Both the position numbers and the translations under genes were made by a program. Below, piece after piece: positions 20,659 through 33,455 of a stretch of 63,825 nt of DNA. Position 1 is the stretch's first letter. Each line of letters begins with the position of its first letter. The stretch is taken from the NCBI GenBank assembly GCA_051294375.1, contig CM119266.1, positions 20,342,516 to 20,406,340 of the forward strand, given 5' to 3'. The notes below the pieces were generated by a model, which made no database searches, was not told where the DNA came from, and saw only the letters and a program-made list of their open reading frames with translations. Source of the stretch: Paraspadella gotoi (taxonomy: Eukaryota > Animalia > Chaetognatha).

Positions 20659-21161
20659 TCAATCCGCGTCGCATTCCTCCAGACTCTCGCAGTCGTCCTC
20701 GTCGTCGTCGTCGGCCCTCAACTTTCGAAAGTCTCCCCTTAGTCTCTCCAACTGCTCTCGCTCGAACTGCAGCACCCCGTGGAGTCGCTGCGACCTCGAC
20801 ATCGGAGCCTGCTGCTCGTTGCTCTGCTCCTGCGTTCGGGGATGCTGCTGCTGCTGCTGCTGCGTGGACGACTGGAGTTGATGCTGCGGATGATTGTAGA
20901 GATGAAAGGGCGAAGACTGAAGACGTTCGGATTTACTTCTTTCCGGTCGTCGACTGAAGGATAAATTTTAGTAATGAAACCTAATAAAATATTAATTAAT
21001 ATTTAATTAATTTATGTAGTGGATTTGGACCAACCGTTGCCTGGAGTAGTGAACACCGTCGTCGACATTATCCGTTTCAGCATTTTTCCGTTGTTTCTTT
21101 TCTAAACTTTTCACCATCTAAAAAATGGATGTTAATAGTGAATATATGAGAGAAACCGAGA

Positions 21162-21255
<94 letters not shown>

Positions 21256-24200
21256 AGACATAACCTCCATAAGTCTGTTGCATCTCGTCTCCAACTGGTT
21301 GACTGCATCCGTTTTTAGCGCGAAACTTTTTTCAAATTCTTGATTCTTCTGATAAAGTCGCATGTTGATGGCTTTGACATCATCAAGCTGCAATGCAATC
21401 AATGTTAATAAATAGATAAAATATATAAATAAATAAATATCTTGTAAAAATAAATAAATAAATAAATAAATCAAACGATCAATCAATAAATAAATTTATA
21501 AATATATCATATCTCGTTCCAGGAACCTTACTTGCTGACTAAAAATTTGCAAGGCCTGGTCTTTTTCGTGGCAATCTCGCTCCAGTAGTTTTTTAGCTTG
21601 CTCCAGTTCCATTCTCATCCCTCGCTCCAGCTCCAATTCACGTCTCAGGTTGCCCAGCTCCTCTTCCTCCCTTCGCCTCTCGTTGGCGTTTCGATGCGAT
21701 GGACTCGCCGTAGTCGAGGACGACGCCCTCGTCGGTGTCGCCGTCGTCGTCGAGTTCGCTCTCTCGGTTCGAGATCTCCGAGGTTCTTTTGTTTGATATG
21801 CGTTGGAATGATGAAGAGGACTCTGCCTCACGGAGCCTGGGAGGATAAAGAAACAAAAGACAAACGCTCTTGAGCCGAGCGCGAGTTGCGTAAATATTTC
21901 GATAGAAGGCATAATTTACTCGAAAGTCCAGCTTTTTTAAGAGTCTTCGTGTAGTGATGCGTGAGAAGCTCGTTGTCGTGTTTCAAAATAAAGTTTTGCT
22001 CTTGGAGTTTGGTCACTTGGTTCTTTGCCAAACGCAAGTCTTCCTTCATCAACGCGTTGGCCGTCTGAACCTTCTCTAGTTTTCCCTGTCGGAAAAACAA
22101 TTCAATTAAAACTCCCGATATAACGTGAATTAATTTTTTTTACCCTGCGGACCTGCAGGTTGGCGACTGTAGCGTTCAAATGGCGGTTGAGCTCTTCGAT
22201 GTAGTTCTTCTGATCCAAAACTGCGGTCATCGTACGAACCGTTTGAGAAGTCGTCATGCTGGCGCTGAAGATTCCGCCTATGCTCGTTCTGAAATCAGAG
22301 AATGTAAGTTGATCGGTATATTTTTAGGCTTTTTTTTTCCATAGGGCCCCATTTCCGTTCCTTTATCCCGGAATTAAATTTTACCCTTAACTTAACGTAA
22401 CTTAAATATATTCCTAAACTTATAACCTAATCTTTATCCCTAATCTTTAAACCTAACCTAATCCTTAATCCTAACCCTAAACCCTTATCCCTAATTTTAA
22501 ACTCTAACTGCTAACCTTAAACCCTTAAACTAAACCTTAATCCTAACCCTAACCTAATCTTAATCCTTATCCCTAATTTCAAACTATAGCCCCTAACCAT
22601 AAACCTTTAACCCTAACCCTAACAACTCACCTAATCTTTAATCTTAATTACTAACCTAATCTCTAACCCTTAACCCAAAACCTTTAACGAATTTTTTTAA
22701 TTAAAAAAAATTAACTTAATTTCCAATTTAAGTTGAAATGGGTCGTTCTGCGAAAATAAGGCCAAAAAGGGGCTACGTAATATCGCAGCAATTTCATTTT
22801 TTTTCCCAATCGGTTTAACGACATCTAATTTTACCTTTGACCCGAACTCAAACTCTTGCTCGGGGTCGTCGCCGTCTTGATCTTCGGAACGACGTCTCCG
22901 TCGCCGTCGTCTCCGTCTTCGTCGTCGGCGTCGTCGTCGTCGTCGGGCGAGGAGAGAACGTCGATGTCGTCGTCGTCGTCGTCGTCACCTTTGTCAAGAT
23001 AAAGGCTGAAGTCGATCACTCCCATTTTCGTGTCCAGGTCTTCGTCTTTGAAGCAGAGGTTAAAGTCTACGATGTTGAGTCCCACGAGGAGGCCTGTGGA
23101 CGAAAGGCTGGACTTAAGAGACCCTGTAGAATCCTGGATGGTGCATTCTGCTGAGACATATTTGGGCCATGTAAAACGAGACAATGAAGCGTTCGATATT
23201 TGCAAGGGCTTTGTCAAGTATCATCAAGTTCCCCAATATTGTAAATTTATCTAAACCTAATGCTGTGGGATTATTCTTTGCTACATTCTCACCCTGTATA
23301 ACGACTGCCTCGTCCTCCAGCATGATGGATCCCTTTTCGTAGTGCTGCTCCAGTCTCTCTCGATTCTCCAGCAAAATTTTGAAATAATCCGGCAGCTTTT
23401 TCTGCATGAGCGCCAGGCGGACCCACGCGCGGCAACGACCTGGAAATGAGGAAAGACAAAGCGTATATGTTTGACATCCTTCCCGTCGGGTTCTATAATT
23501 AGATTTAAGCTTAAAGACTTCTCTATTATTTATTAGTTAACAATTTTAAACGATTACGTATATGAAGATGCTCGTCGGTGTTTCATCGACAAGGGCAAAG
23601 ACTAAAACGAATGCCTCAACCTTTCCGAGACTCACCCAAAGGAGTCCTCACGCTGGGTAAGTCTCTGACGCTGAGAGTGATCTCGCGCGCATCGGGCGCG
23701 AGTCTCTCCACCAGTTCGATCACGTTCCAGAACTCCATCTTCGGACCCAGGAAACCCTCTTTCTTAGACTGGGAGGAAATTATAAATAATAAAATAATAA
23801 ATAAAATAGTAAAAAGAGATAAAGTAAAAGCAGGGAGAGGTTCATTAATTGAGAAAACATTTGCATATTAACATGAAATCGTTTTAACACCCCTCTCGTG
23901 TCTCACTTTGATCCCGTGCCTCAAGACGTGTTCGAGAACCACAAAGAATTGCTGCAGTGGGGCGTGGAGCTCATTCGTCACCATCCGGCCGTGACTCAGA
24001 GACGAATCTAGAGAAAATTGACAAAAGGGCAACTGAATTTTAAGATGTACTAATTAGCGGATGAGCAATTGAACATGCAGAACGAAGTGTTATTGTTTTT
24101 AAAAAGCGTGAGTGAATTAGTTATTGTAACTAAAGAATAAAAATTTTGATTCAAAGCTTTTCGACTTTGGCGATAGTAACTTCACTACTTCTGTGGATAA

Positions 24201-24854
24201 GGCGCTGAAGTGTGAAGATTTCTATCCGGGTCTTCTGTGCCCCCCCCCCCCGGCTGCGATGGAAAGAGTCCTGGGTTTAGAACCAGACTTAAGGGTTTTC
24301 CACGTCCCCAAAGCGGTTTATGGCCGTCCACAAGCTTTCCGCAAAGTACTTATACGATGGTTATGAGCCGATGGCCATACACAATGAGCAACATGAGCAA
24401 CATGCTTTACAGGCGGGGTGAACTTGCCCGAATAAACAAAAATCTCCCAAATAAGGTATTACAATTGCATTGTTGAAGGAGTATCGATGGATTGTCAATT
24501 CGAATAAATCTGATGCCAGTTCTCACCTAGCAACTCCTTGACGACGAGTTTACTGACGTCGAGAAGGTTTCGTCTTTCGATCTCCATGGGATCCAATCGA
24601 TCCTCGGGTTTTGAACCTAAAAATCATCCATCAAGTCATTAAGTTTCTTCGTAAGAATTATCGATTCATACCTTCGATTTTTTATGTTTACATTTTTCGT
24701 TTTAAGTTCTCGCTTTACCTCTGTAGGCGATCTGCTTCGCTCTGTCGACTCGCCCAGAACCGGAAACTTCCTTCAACTCCTTCAGGCACAACCACTCTCC
24801 TTCGGTCGACACCCGAAAGTTGCACAAATAGATGGTGTCTTTCAGTTTCGCCAT
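20659..24854 (-). CDS. RUFY: RUFY-family RUN and coiled-coil protein (RUFY3-like; no FYVE domain seen)
   Basis: Exons about 24854-24719, 24616-24527, 24007-23907, 23768-23636, 23439-23293, 23093-22835, 22288-22153, 22086-21920, 21836-21531, 21388-21266, 21117-21035, 20953-20659, all GT-AG and phase-compatible. Motifs [97 protein letters not shown] and [14 protein letters not shown] match RUFY1/2/3. Confidence 0.95.
22327..22763. mobile_element. MITE-like element with TIRs and long internal telomere-like (CCTAAC/CCCTAA) array, copy 2, in a RUFY intron
   Basis: Left end ggcttttttttccatagggccccatttc; reverse complement of right end ggccttattttcgcagaacgacccatttc; ~300 bp of cctaaccctaa variants inside. 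Confidence 0.75.
24178..24424 (-). mobile_element. Dispersed repeat family B, copy 2, in a RUFY intron
   Basis: Colinear diverged match to 4548-4776. Confidence 0.65.
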
Positions 24855-24974
24855 TTTTTGTTTCTTGTGAAGGGAAGTGAAAATCGATAAGAATCACGAA
24901 TCTTTTGACGTTTTGTTTAGGTGCCGGTGATGCATCGAGTTTCTCATTCAGCTTAGTAGGTGAATTGGGTTAAC

Positions 24975-25096
<122 letters not shown>

Positions 25097-28000
25097 GCTC
25101 TATGTTTAATTTGATTTTTCGGCGTTTAAACGTCACGTTGCTCGTTCGTGCTGTTTGATTGGAGTGCTTGTTTGTTTACTGATTTTTACGAATGTGAATA
25201 AAAATCTACGCATTCGAAAGGATTCAAACTGACGATAAAATTTCTTTTATTTCGAAATGTTATGGTGCGTCGATTCGTTGGGGGAGTTATTAATATCAAT
25301 ATCAAATGTGTGCTTTAAATTGACGCGCTTCATTCGTTTAAACTGAGAGGAAGTAGCAGATTTTCTAATTTTTGTCTCATAGACAGAGATTAAATAAACG
25401 ATATGGTTAAACTACGGATGGAAGATGTGCCGATACGACAGCGTTGAACCTGGTGACGTCACATCCCCAGAAGCTTTCCTCCTCTTCCTCCTCTTCCTCC
25501 TCCTTCCTCCTCTTCTTCCATTTCTCCAATTGCAATTTGCATGCTCCAACATCCATCTGACTTGGCTTTATTTACGTATGGTCGCACTCGGTTTTTAGCG
25601 CTTAGCTTAGCGAACATGTTTGTCAAATTAGAATTGTTATTAAACTCACTGAAAACGCGAGTAACCCTTTGCTTTTTGCTCTTGATTGGAGTGGGGGGCT
25701 TTTAGTTAGTTAATTTATAAAAAAATTGATAAAACAGTTAATCAAATTAACAATTTTTTTCTAATGATATTTTTATTTGTTTACTAATGTTTTTAGGATG
25801 GTTGAGCGATGCAGTTGAAGCCCCAATTAATTATTACAACAACGTTCAAATTTTCTTTAGTTTTTTTCTCTCGAAAAAAAAACACTGAAGGTGGCAGCAT
25901 CAGTTAAGCATGTGATTAGTGATGACAGAGTAGCAATCGTAATACAACTAATTCTCAATTCATTATACAAATTGACTAATAAATAATATACTGGTCAACA
26001 TAATATTTTTTTACCTAAAGTTCTAAACTATAAAACTAATTTATTTTTAAACCAACACAATAAAACAAAGAACATAGAACAAACAACAAATACTAAACGT
26101 ATTTAACACTACTATTGGTACAACCAATAAAAAGTTATTCATTCGTCTATAAATATTAATTAAATTCGTACTTGTTGAATATTTTACATGCTGACTTAGG
26201 GCAATCTATCGTGGGTTAAGGCGGAGTCTATGAATTTACATAACTTTATAATGGCATGTTCTTCAGTTTTCTAACTACCTAGTTTAGTGATTCACTGAAC
26301 TAAGTCTTTGAGACATAATGCAATATTAAAAAGAGGTTTTCGAATGAATATGATTTAATCTAAGTTAATTGAGTGGTCGAAGAAAGTAGTGTGCTTTATC
26401 TCGATACCGGTCAATGATATTCAATTAATGAAAAGGGAGTTCCAATGCATTACAAACACGCTTACACTTTCACACATGACGCGATTTAAATATGAGCAGA
26501 AATCGTGAAAAAGTGAAGAATAAATTGATCAAATAATCTTCGACAAAAACCAAAGATTTCGTTGAGAAAAAAAAAACGTAATTCGGGCCGGCGGCAAAGC
26601 TCCCGGTGTTCACAAAAAAATATTTTATTGCTTGAAACGTGGATTTTATTGCTTTATGTATCATATATATGTATGGTAATCATATACCAACCGGCGCAAA
26701 AGTTATACAAATTTGAATTAAAATAAAATTTGAAGTTTAGGTCGTATTTTCCATACTGTTGCCCCGGGTTGAATATTCTATCGATAGATTGCCACCATTA
26801 GTCAAGTGCGTAAGAAATAAAACTGAAAGAAATATAAAAAAAAAAAATAAAAAAGAAATTCAATTCAAAATAAATAGGCAATTTTTTAACATAAACTAGA
26901 AAACATCAAAGTATCAACCTTGAAGTCAAACAAAATTATATAATATGTATGCAAACGCCGATTACGAATTCGCATTTCTCATTTCGAACAGGCCTTTTCC
27001 GTGTTCATTCAGTGAGTTGAGCCATATTGTTTGTAACATATGTCAAAATGGCTCAACTATTCATTCTTTTTAGAATGATGCATGCAATTAAGCAAATAGC
27101 GGCGAAAGAAAATGAAGAATCTGACCAATGCTATTAGACCAGATTTTTTTCCTTAACTATAGCTCTTTATTAGTATTATTATTTTCGTATTAAATAGACA
27201 TTCAACGAAAAAGCTATACAAACAGAAGAAGTAAGGTACCAAATCTTTGCCAGCTGACTAGCAATTACGAACTAAACCAAAGCAAAGTCGAAAGGAAATT
27301 AGCTCTATAAGCCTCACAACAAAAATGAGAAAATAATCATAATAAAAGTAGTGGTAGTAGTAGAGAATTTTAATGAAGGTTAACCATTAGATAAATATAA
27401 TCACAGATTCTTTTTTATGGTTTTATGTAATTTTTTTTTTTTTTTTTGTGGATTTTTAAATGTTTTAATGTTTTTTAGTAATATTTTTTTTCTGACACAA
27501 TGAATCGGACGACAGAAGATTCTGCAACAACAAATAATTTACAGACAGACTTTATGAATATTATGAATTTCTTTACACACAGATCTTTTTAGTTCAGTAA
27601 CGAAAAGCGGGAAGAAATACATCTGCAGAAATTTTTTTTTCGAAAATGAACTTTTTCTCTCAAATATGCCGAATATGACAAAAAGCTACAATCAAAGCAA
27701 AGACCACTATCCGAAAACATTCATGCTGGAAATGCAGAGAATATGCAACAATCGTTCCACCATAACTGAATCAAATCATACATAATCTAGACTAGAATAT
27801 CTCACTTAATGCCGTCATCATTGTATAGATTTTATTTAGGAGTATAAGGCTATACAACTGTAGGCGATGCGGTGAAAATGTAGTTGTGGACTAAATAGTA
27901 CAGAAGTAAAGGTCCAATGACAAATTGACAATCCAGATCGGCAGTATATATGAATTTTTAAAACAAATTACGTAAAGTAAGAAATCCTTTTAACTAACAC

Positions 28001-29014
28001 TATGTGTTAGCCAAATATCTTTACCGGAGACCCCTGAATGCTCGAAATCAGTACTAACAGGGTTGCCAATCTCCGAAAACATGTTATAAATCGATTGACG
28101 GCCTACTTATGAGCTGAGTGTACGAAACCTATTGGGATGGTGATTGATGGTGATTGACGGTGATCGACGGTGATTTATGGTGCTAACTAGACGGATCGCA
28201 AAAATAATGAATCGACGATTCCACAGAAAAACATTTTGCGATGAGCGAAAGGAAAAGGATCGGCTTAAGTGCATATGAAATCTTTTTGTGCCTAATTGCG
28301 CCAAATAATTCCGGTTTATTCCTATTTTTTTTTGTTTTCAAAGCCGAACAAAACTTAGTGAATACTGAATTTTGTATATTCTTCCCTGAAGTTTGAATTG
28401 AACCGAGTGCAACGACACGAAGATGAAAAAATTTAAATACTACACCCAATCTTTTTTTTTTAATTTTGTTTTGCTTCGTTTTTATTTATTTATTTTTTTT
28501 TTGGCGTGGAACGATTTCCACACTAAATAAGTCGAATTCAGCGAAATCAAGAATTTCATCGTCGGCTTCGCTTTTTCATCAAAGAGAAGAAAAAAGAAAA
28601 CATCTTCAATGAAAAAAAAAGAAATTCTATTCTCAGAATCGATTTCCACGAAAAATGGGAAAACCGCGGAGAAAAAGATAATAGAATGGAGAATCTTAAA
28701 TGCCCAAGCCGAAAAAGAACCCGTGACACGAGAATTCCCAATCAGTCTCCAAATATCGTAGAATGTGGTTTTAAAATCCCAAGCCTGAGCGTATCTTAAG
28801 AGAAAAATACTAACAAAAAAACAAAAGAAAACCCAGAGCAAATAAGCTGTCGCGTTATTTTAAAACGAACTGACCAGAAATATAAAAAAAACCCCTAGCA
28901 GTTGATCAAACCGAATGAAAACCTGACTGACCAAATTTCAAGGTCCGTGACCCACAAAAGTAGAGGCGGTCCGGATCCCGAAATCGAGACTCGTAAAGAA
29001 AACCTCCTTTTCGC

Positions 29015-31423
29015 TTAGCACCGGATGTTGTTGCATTTGCGGTTGTTGTTGGCGCCGGAGAAACAAGCGGCGATCTTGTGGCGACGCGTAACGCCGTTTC
29101 GTGGCAACGGAGCCGTAGCGTGGACGCGATTTTCTCTGGCGCATGCGCGTCTCGAGGCCGCGGAAGAGGCGAAGTTTTTCTCCTTTCGTCGGACGGCGCT
29201 CCTCTGGGTCTTGCGCTCCAACGCAGTGGGCGGGGGCGCGATTTTGTGCTGCGCGTGAGAGGCGCCCATCATCGCCGCCTCCATCAGCGTGCGCCGTGCT
29301 GAATCGAGGCAGCGCCGCTGCGTCGACGCGTGATTTCGTTTGACCAGCGCCTTGGCCGCCTGACCCTTGGGCAGCGTTTGGCGCGGCGCCGAGGCGCTCG
29401 CCGGCGCCAAGACGCGCGAACCGGAAATGGCCGCCGACTCGAGGGAGGAAAGGAGTTGACGAGCCGGCGCCTCGCAGGGAGAACGAAGGGACGGAGACGT
29501 CGTTGTTGTCGTCGTCGTGGGCGTGGTGACGAAAAAGTCCTCGCTGACGTCGCTGACGCAGTCGACGTCGTCGTCCGAGTCGATGACGTCGTGGAGACGA
29601 GGCGTCGTCAAGAGGTTGTACGAGAGGTTGGAGAGTCCGCCGGACCGAGCCTCGAAAGGCCGGACGTAGACGGACATCGAGGGATGCTCGATTAGGAGGT
29701 TCTCCATTGGGGTGGTGGCCGGCGCTGGGACCGAACCGCTGAATTGCGAGTCGGGGAAATGGTTATTGGCTAGATTGTCGTAAGTATGAAATTGGTACAA
29801 CCAATATAAAAATTATCCATTCATTTAATAAATAAGCTATCTTGCCCCTGACTTTGGACAGGCTTTGGTGGTTTAAGGCCTCCATCACTCTTACAAGATA
29901 ATGACATAGCAGGTCCCTGCAAGCTTTCAATCAAGACTCTTTCACAGTCTCGTTTATTCACTCCCAGAGTACCTGGCTTCCCTATCAATGAAGTGGAAAA
30001 TATTTCAAAGAATGTTTCAATTGTAGGAATTTTATTAATTTTTTATTAATTTAATTTTATTAATAATTATTAACAAAATAATCGTTTTTACCTTCGCAAG
30101 AAGCATGGAGGTGGAGTGATGAGCCAATCGGCCGCGACGTCGGTGCTGGCGTCCGATGGAGTCGGAGAAGAGCACCGTCCAGGAGTTCCTTATTGTTTAT
30201 TTTAAACAAACAACACAATAAATAAACAATCGATAGTCGTAAAATCATCTTTAAAAACCTGAGAAGTTGGAATGAATTGGCGAGGGCGCCACGAGTTCCC
30301 TCGCGATGACGTCGTCGAATCCCGGCGTCGATTCGAAGAGGACGCCGAGTCCGTAGATCGAATCCTCGCCCAAGGCGACGGCCACGCCCTCTTGGGTTCT
30401 TTCAACGGGAGCCGCCTCGGGTGGCGTCGTCGGCGGCACTCGAGGTGCGGACGGCGACGGCCTAGGAAAAAGCACGTTGAGTCTTTAGTAAAATCAATCA
30501 ATCAATTAATCATTCAAACAATCAATCATTCAAACAATCAATCGAAACAAACTAACCAGGTGGCCCCGGCCCTCATGTTGCCTTTCAGCTTTTCCGCGTA
30601 GGTCATCCCGGGCTTGTTGCACCAGGCGGCAGGCGTGATTGGGTTCTTGGCCGGAACGAATGGCAGGCGCGGCGGAGAGGCGCGCTTTGGCTGAAATGGG
30701 TAGAGTAGTAGAGTTTAATGAAGAGTTAAGAAAGGCGATTTAAATCTCTCTCCCAACATCAAACATCTTTTGTCTCCACGAACTCACCGCGCTTTTGTGC
30801 GCCTTCTTGGCGGGCGCCCGCTTGACTAACTCCGGCGCCTCTGGCGGGCAGACGTGAATGACCGGCGTCTCCATCTTTCGCGGCGCCGCTACCGCCATCT
30901 CTTCTCTTTCCACTTGGAACGACTCCTCTCTCGGCTCCTCCTCATTCTGCTCCTTCTCCTCCTCTTCCTTATTTTCCAATCCCTCTTCGACCATGACCCA
31001 CTCGTCGGCGCCGTCGCCGGAAACCGCCTCCGAAGCGGCGTTGTATCCGGCGCCGGCTTCAGCAGCCTCCGGACCCTCGGCCGCTTCAGGGAGCTGAGAA
31101 AGAGTCGAGGAAACGATGGAAATTAAAGAGATTGCAATTTTCTAGTCATGAAATTGGTACAACCAATATAAAAATTATCCATTCATCTTGCCCTGACTTT
31201 GGACAGCCAATGGTAAATTTACAAGATAATAACATAGCAGGACCCTAAAAGCTTTCAATCAAGAATCTATCTCTGCCATAGACCGACCAAGGTAGATTCT
31301 CCCAACCAGTTGCCAGTGAGAACGGCCTTCTCTTTTAAACTTTTAACATTGCAACATTTAACTCACCTCTGTCTCCTTGGACTCGGCTGGGCTTCCGAAG
31401 ATGAGGCTCTGAAGGTACATCAT
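29015..31423 (-). CDS. TP53INP: TP53INP/DOR family autophagy adaptor (LIR-containing)
   Basis: Exons about 31423-31367, 31093-30788, 30690-30557, 30461-30259, 30188-30092, 29739-29015. LIR-like DEWVMV; family motifs DWLITPPPCF and TPMENLLIEHPSMSVY; C-terminal ANNNRKC as in invertebrate DOR. Confidence 0.92.
29785..30024. mobile_element. Dispersed repeat family A (~240 bp), longest copy
   Basis: Core tatgaaattggtacaaccaatataaaaattatccattcatttaataaataagctatcttgcccctgactttggacaggc...; other copies or fragments at ~232, 20219, 26114, 31148, 42290, 46333, 46629, 46708, 47393, 48001. Confidence 0.9.
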
Positions 31424-31788
31424 CTTGCTATTTTCTTTCGAGGGTCGGACCAAAGGTGCGTTTAATTTCGAGGTAAGGGACGCAGGTTTCTCTGTTTTTT
31501 TGTTTTTTTTAAGATGTTTTCTTTTGTTTTTAGTCTTTTCGTTTATTTTTCGTTTCTGTTTTTAGATTTTAGATCAGCAAAGGAGAAAACAGAAGTTTGG
31601 GAGATTTTTTTTTTAAGGGGAAACAAAGATCGGGGGAAAAAATAGGAATCTCACGTTTTGTCTCGTTGATTTTCTTCGACGCCAATCTGAAAGAACGAAT
31701 AAAAATTTTGTTGTTTATTTTTTTTATAATTAAGTCTGAATTTATAAAAAAAATACTATATGATAATTTTAAATATATGTATGAATAC

Positions 31789-32128
31789 CTGTTTTGTTCT
31801 GTTCGCATTCAGTATTATTAGTTAAGCTATGTATATATAGAATATTTGAGAATCCTCCAAAATATGATATAAATTGTTTTCTTTTTTTTTTCCTTTGCCT
31901 GTACTTAGCGTAACTTAACAAACTTTGTGATAAAGTCTGTACTTTAAGTTTAAAACTATTTAACTATTAAACTTTAAAGTACAGACTTTATCACAAAGTT
32001 TGTTAAGTTACGCTAAGTACAGGCAAAGGAAAAAAATAAAAACAGTGTATATAATATTTTGGAGGATTCTCAAATATTCTATATATATAGCTTAACTCAT
32101 AATACTGAATGCGAACAGAACAAAACAG
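31789..32128. repeat. Near-perfect fold-back palindrome (~163-bp arms, ~15-nt spacer), MITE-like
   Basis: ctgttttgttctgttcgcattcagtatta...gtctgtactttaagttta / taaactttaaagtacagac...taatactgaatgcgaacagaacaaaacag. Confidence 0.95.
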
Positions 32129-33048
32129 TTATTTCCCTTTTCCCTTGTTGAGAAAGAAGGGGAATAATTGACATTACAAATTTTAAATTCGTTAATAAAA
32201 CAAGAGAAAAGCTCGGCCGCCCTAGTTCCTGTTTCTACATGTCAAAGATTGAATGAAATAAAGAGTTTTCTTTTTCAGTGAATTCCATCAAAATTTCCAA
32301 GAAATGTTATATAATTTTATAACTAGAATAAAAAAAGAAAATAAATTTACAATTTAGCAGAATATGTCTTTAAAATTCAGCGAAAGAATAGACGATTTTT
32401 TTTCATTTAAACTTGGCTTTTTTCTTGACTTGAGTCCTGACTCATTCAGTTGAGCACCCACGCAAAAATGTTCTCTCCGAATTCGACCACACATAAAACT
32501 CCTTTTCGTCATCGGACAAGTCTGTACCTGGGCTCAACCGTCACAACCATTATTTTCTTGTGGCGAAACGAATTTAAGAAGAAGTTTCTTTGATAACTCT
32601 TAACTATTTATAAACGAAAAGAAAAAAATATAATCTTTTTTGCCCAAGGACTTTTCCTTTGCAAAGATTAGTTATCTCCGTAAATTCAATTTGAAGGTTT
32701 AAACTTTTGAATTTAATGTATATTGTTTAGCCGTTTTCTTTTTATAACGTTTTTTTTTTAATCTTTAATCGAATTTAGGTTTGTTGTTTTAAAGAAAAAA
32801 ATCAGCTGAGAACGAGAGCAACCAAGGAACGAAAAGAGAGACACACGGCCTTCATTTTCGTCTTACTCGTCGTCGTCTTCGTCGTCGTCTTCGTCGTCGT
32901 CTTCGTCATCGTAGTCATGCATGTCATCAGATTCGTTCCTGTTTTGTACTTATTAAATCGAGTGCAAAGAGATATTTGGACAGAAAATCATTTTTTTACG
33001 TAGTTGGTCAGTGAGGAGAAGTGAGAGACGCAAAAAGAAGAGTTAGAG

Positions 33049-33073
33049 NNNNNNNNNNNNNNNNNNNNNNNNN
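33049..33073. other. Assembly gap (25 N)
   Basis: Run of n flanked by (AG)-rich sequence. Confidence 1.
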
Positions 33074-33420
33074 AGCAGCAGAAGAGAGAGAGAGAAGAGA
33101 GAGAGAGAGAGGAGAGGAGAGGGAGAGAGGGAGAGAGAGAGAGAGACAAAGAGAGAGACACTGTGTGAGAGACTCCGATCGAACAGGAATACTAAGAATC
33201 TGATAATTTATGACTGTCATGTCTTCCCAGAGAAATTCTCTTCCCAGTTCTCAGTTATCGATCAAATGCAATTTGCGTCTAATGGAATCAAAGAAAAACA
33301 TTTCAAGGAGATTCAGTCTGTCAGTCTTTTGGTTGGATTTTTCCAATTTTTATTACTTTTTCAGTCGAGAGAGAGGAGAGAGAGAGAAATGGAGAGAGAC
33401 TGATGATAGGAGAGCAAGAT

Positions 33421-33455
<35 letters not shown>

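Noticed and set aside
22385-22690. True telomere or CRISPR-like array
   Set aside because: Degenerate, intronic and TIR-bounded; no repeat-spacer structure; eukaryotic context.
28059-28075. CAGGGTTGCCA hAT-like terminal motif
   Set aside because: No partner TIR or TSD located.
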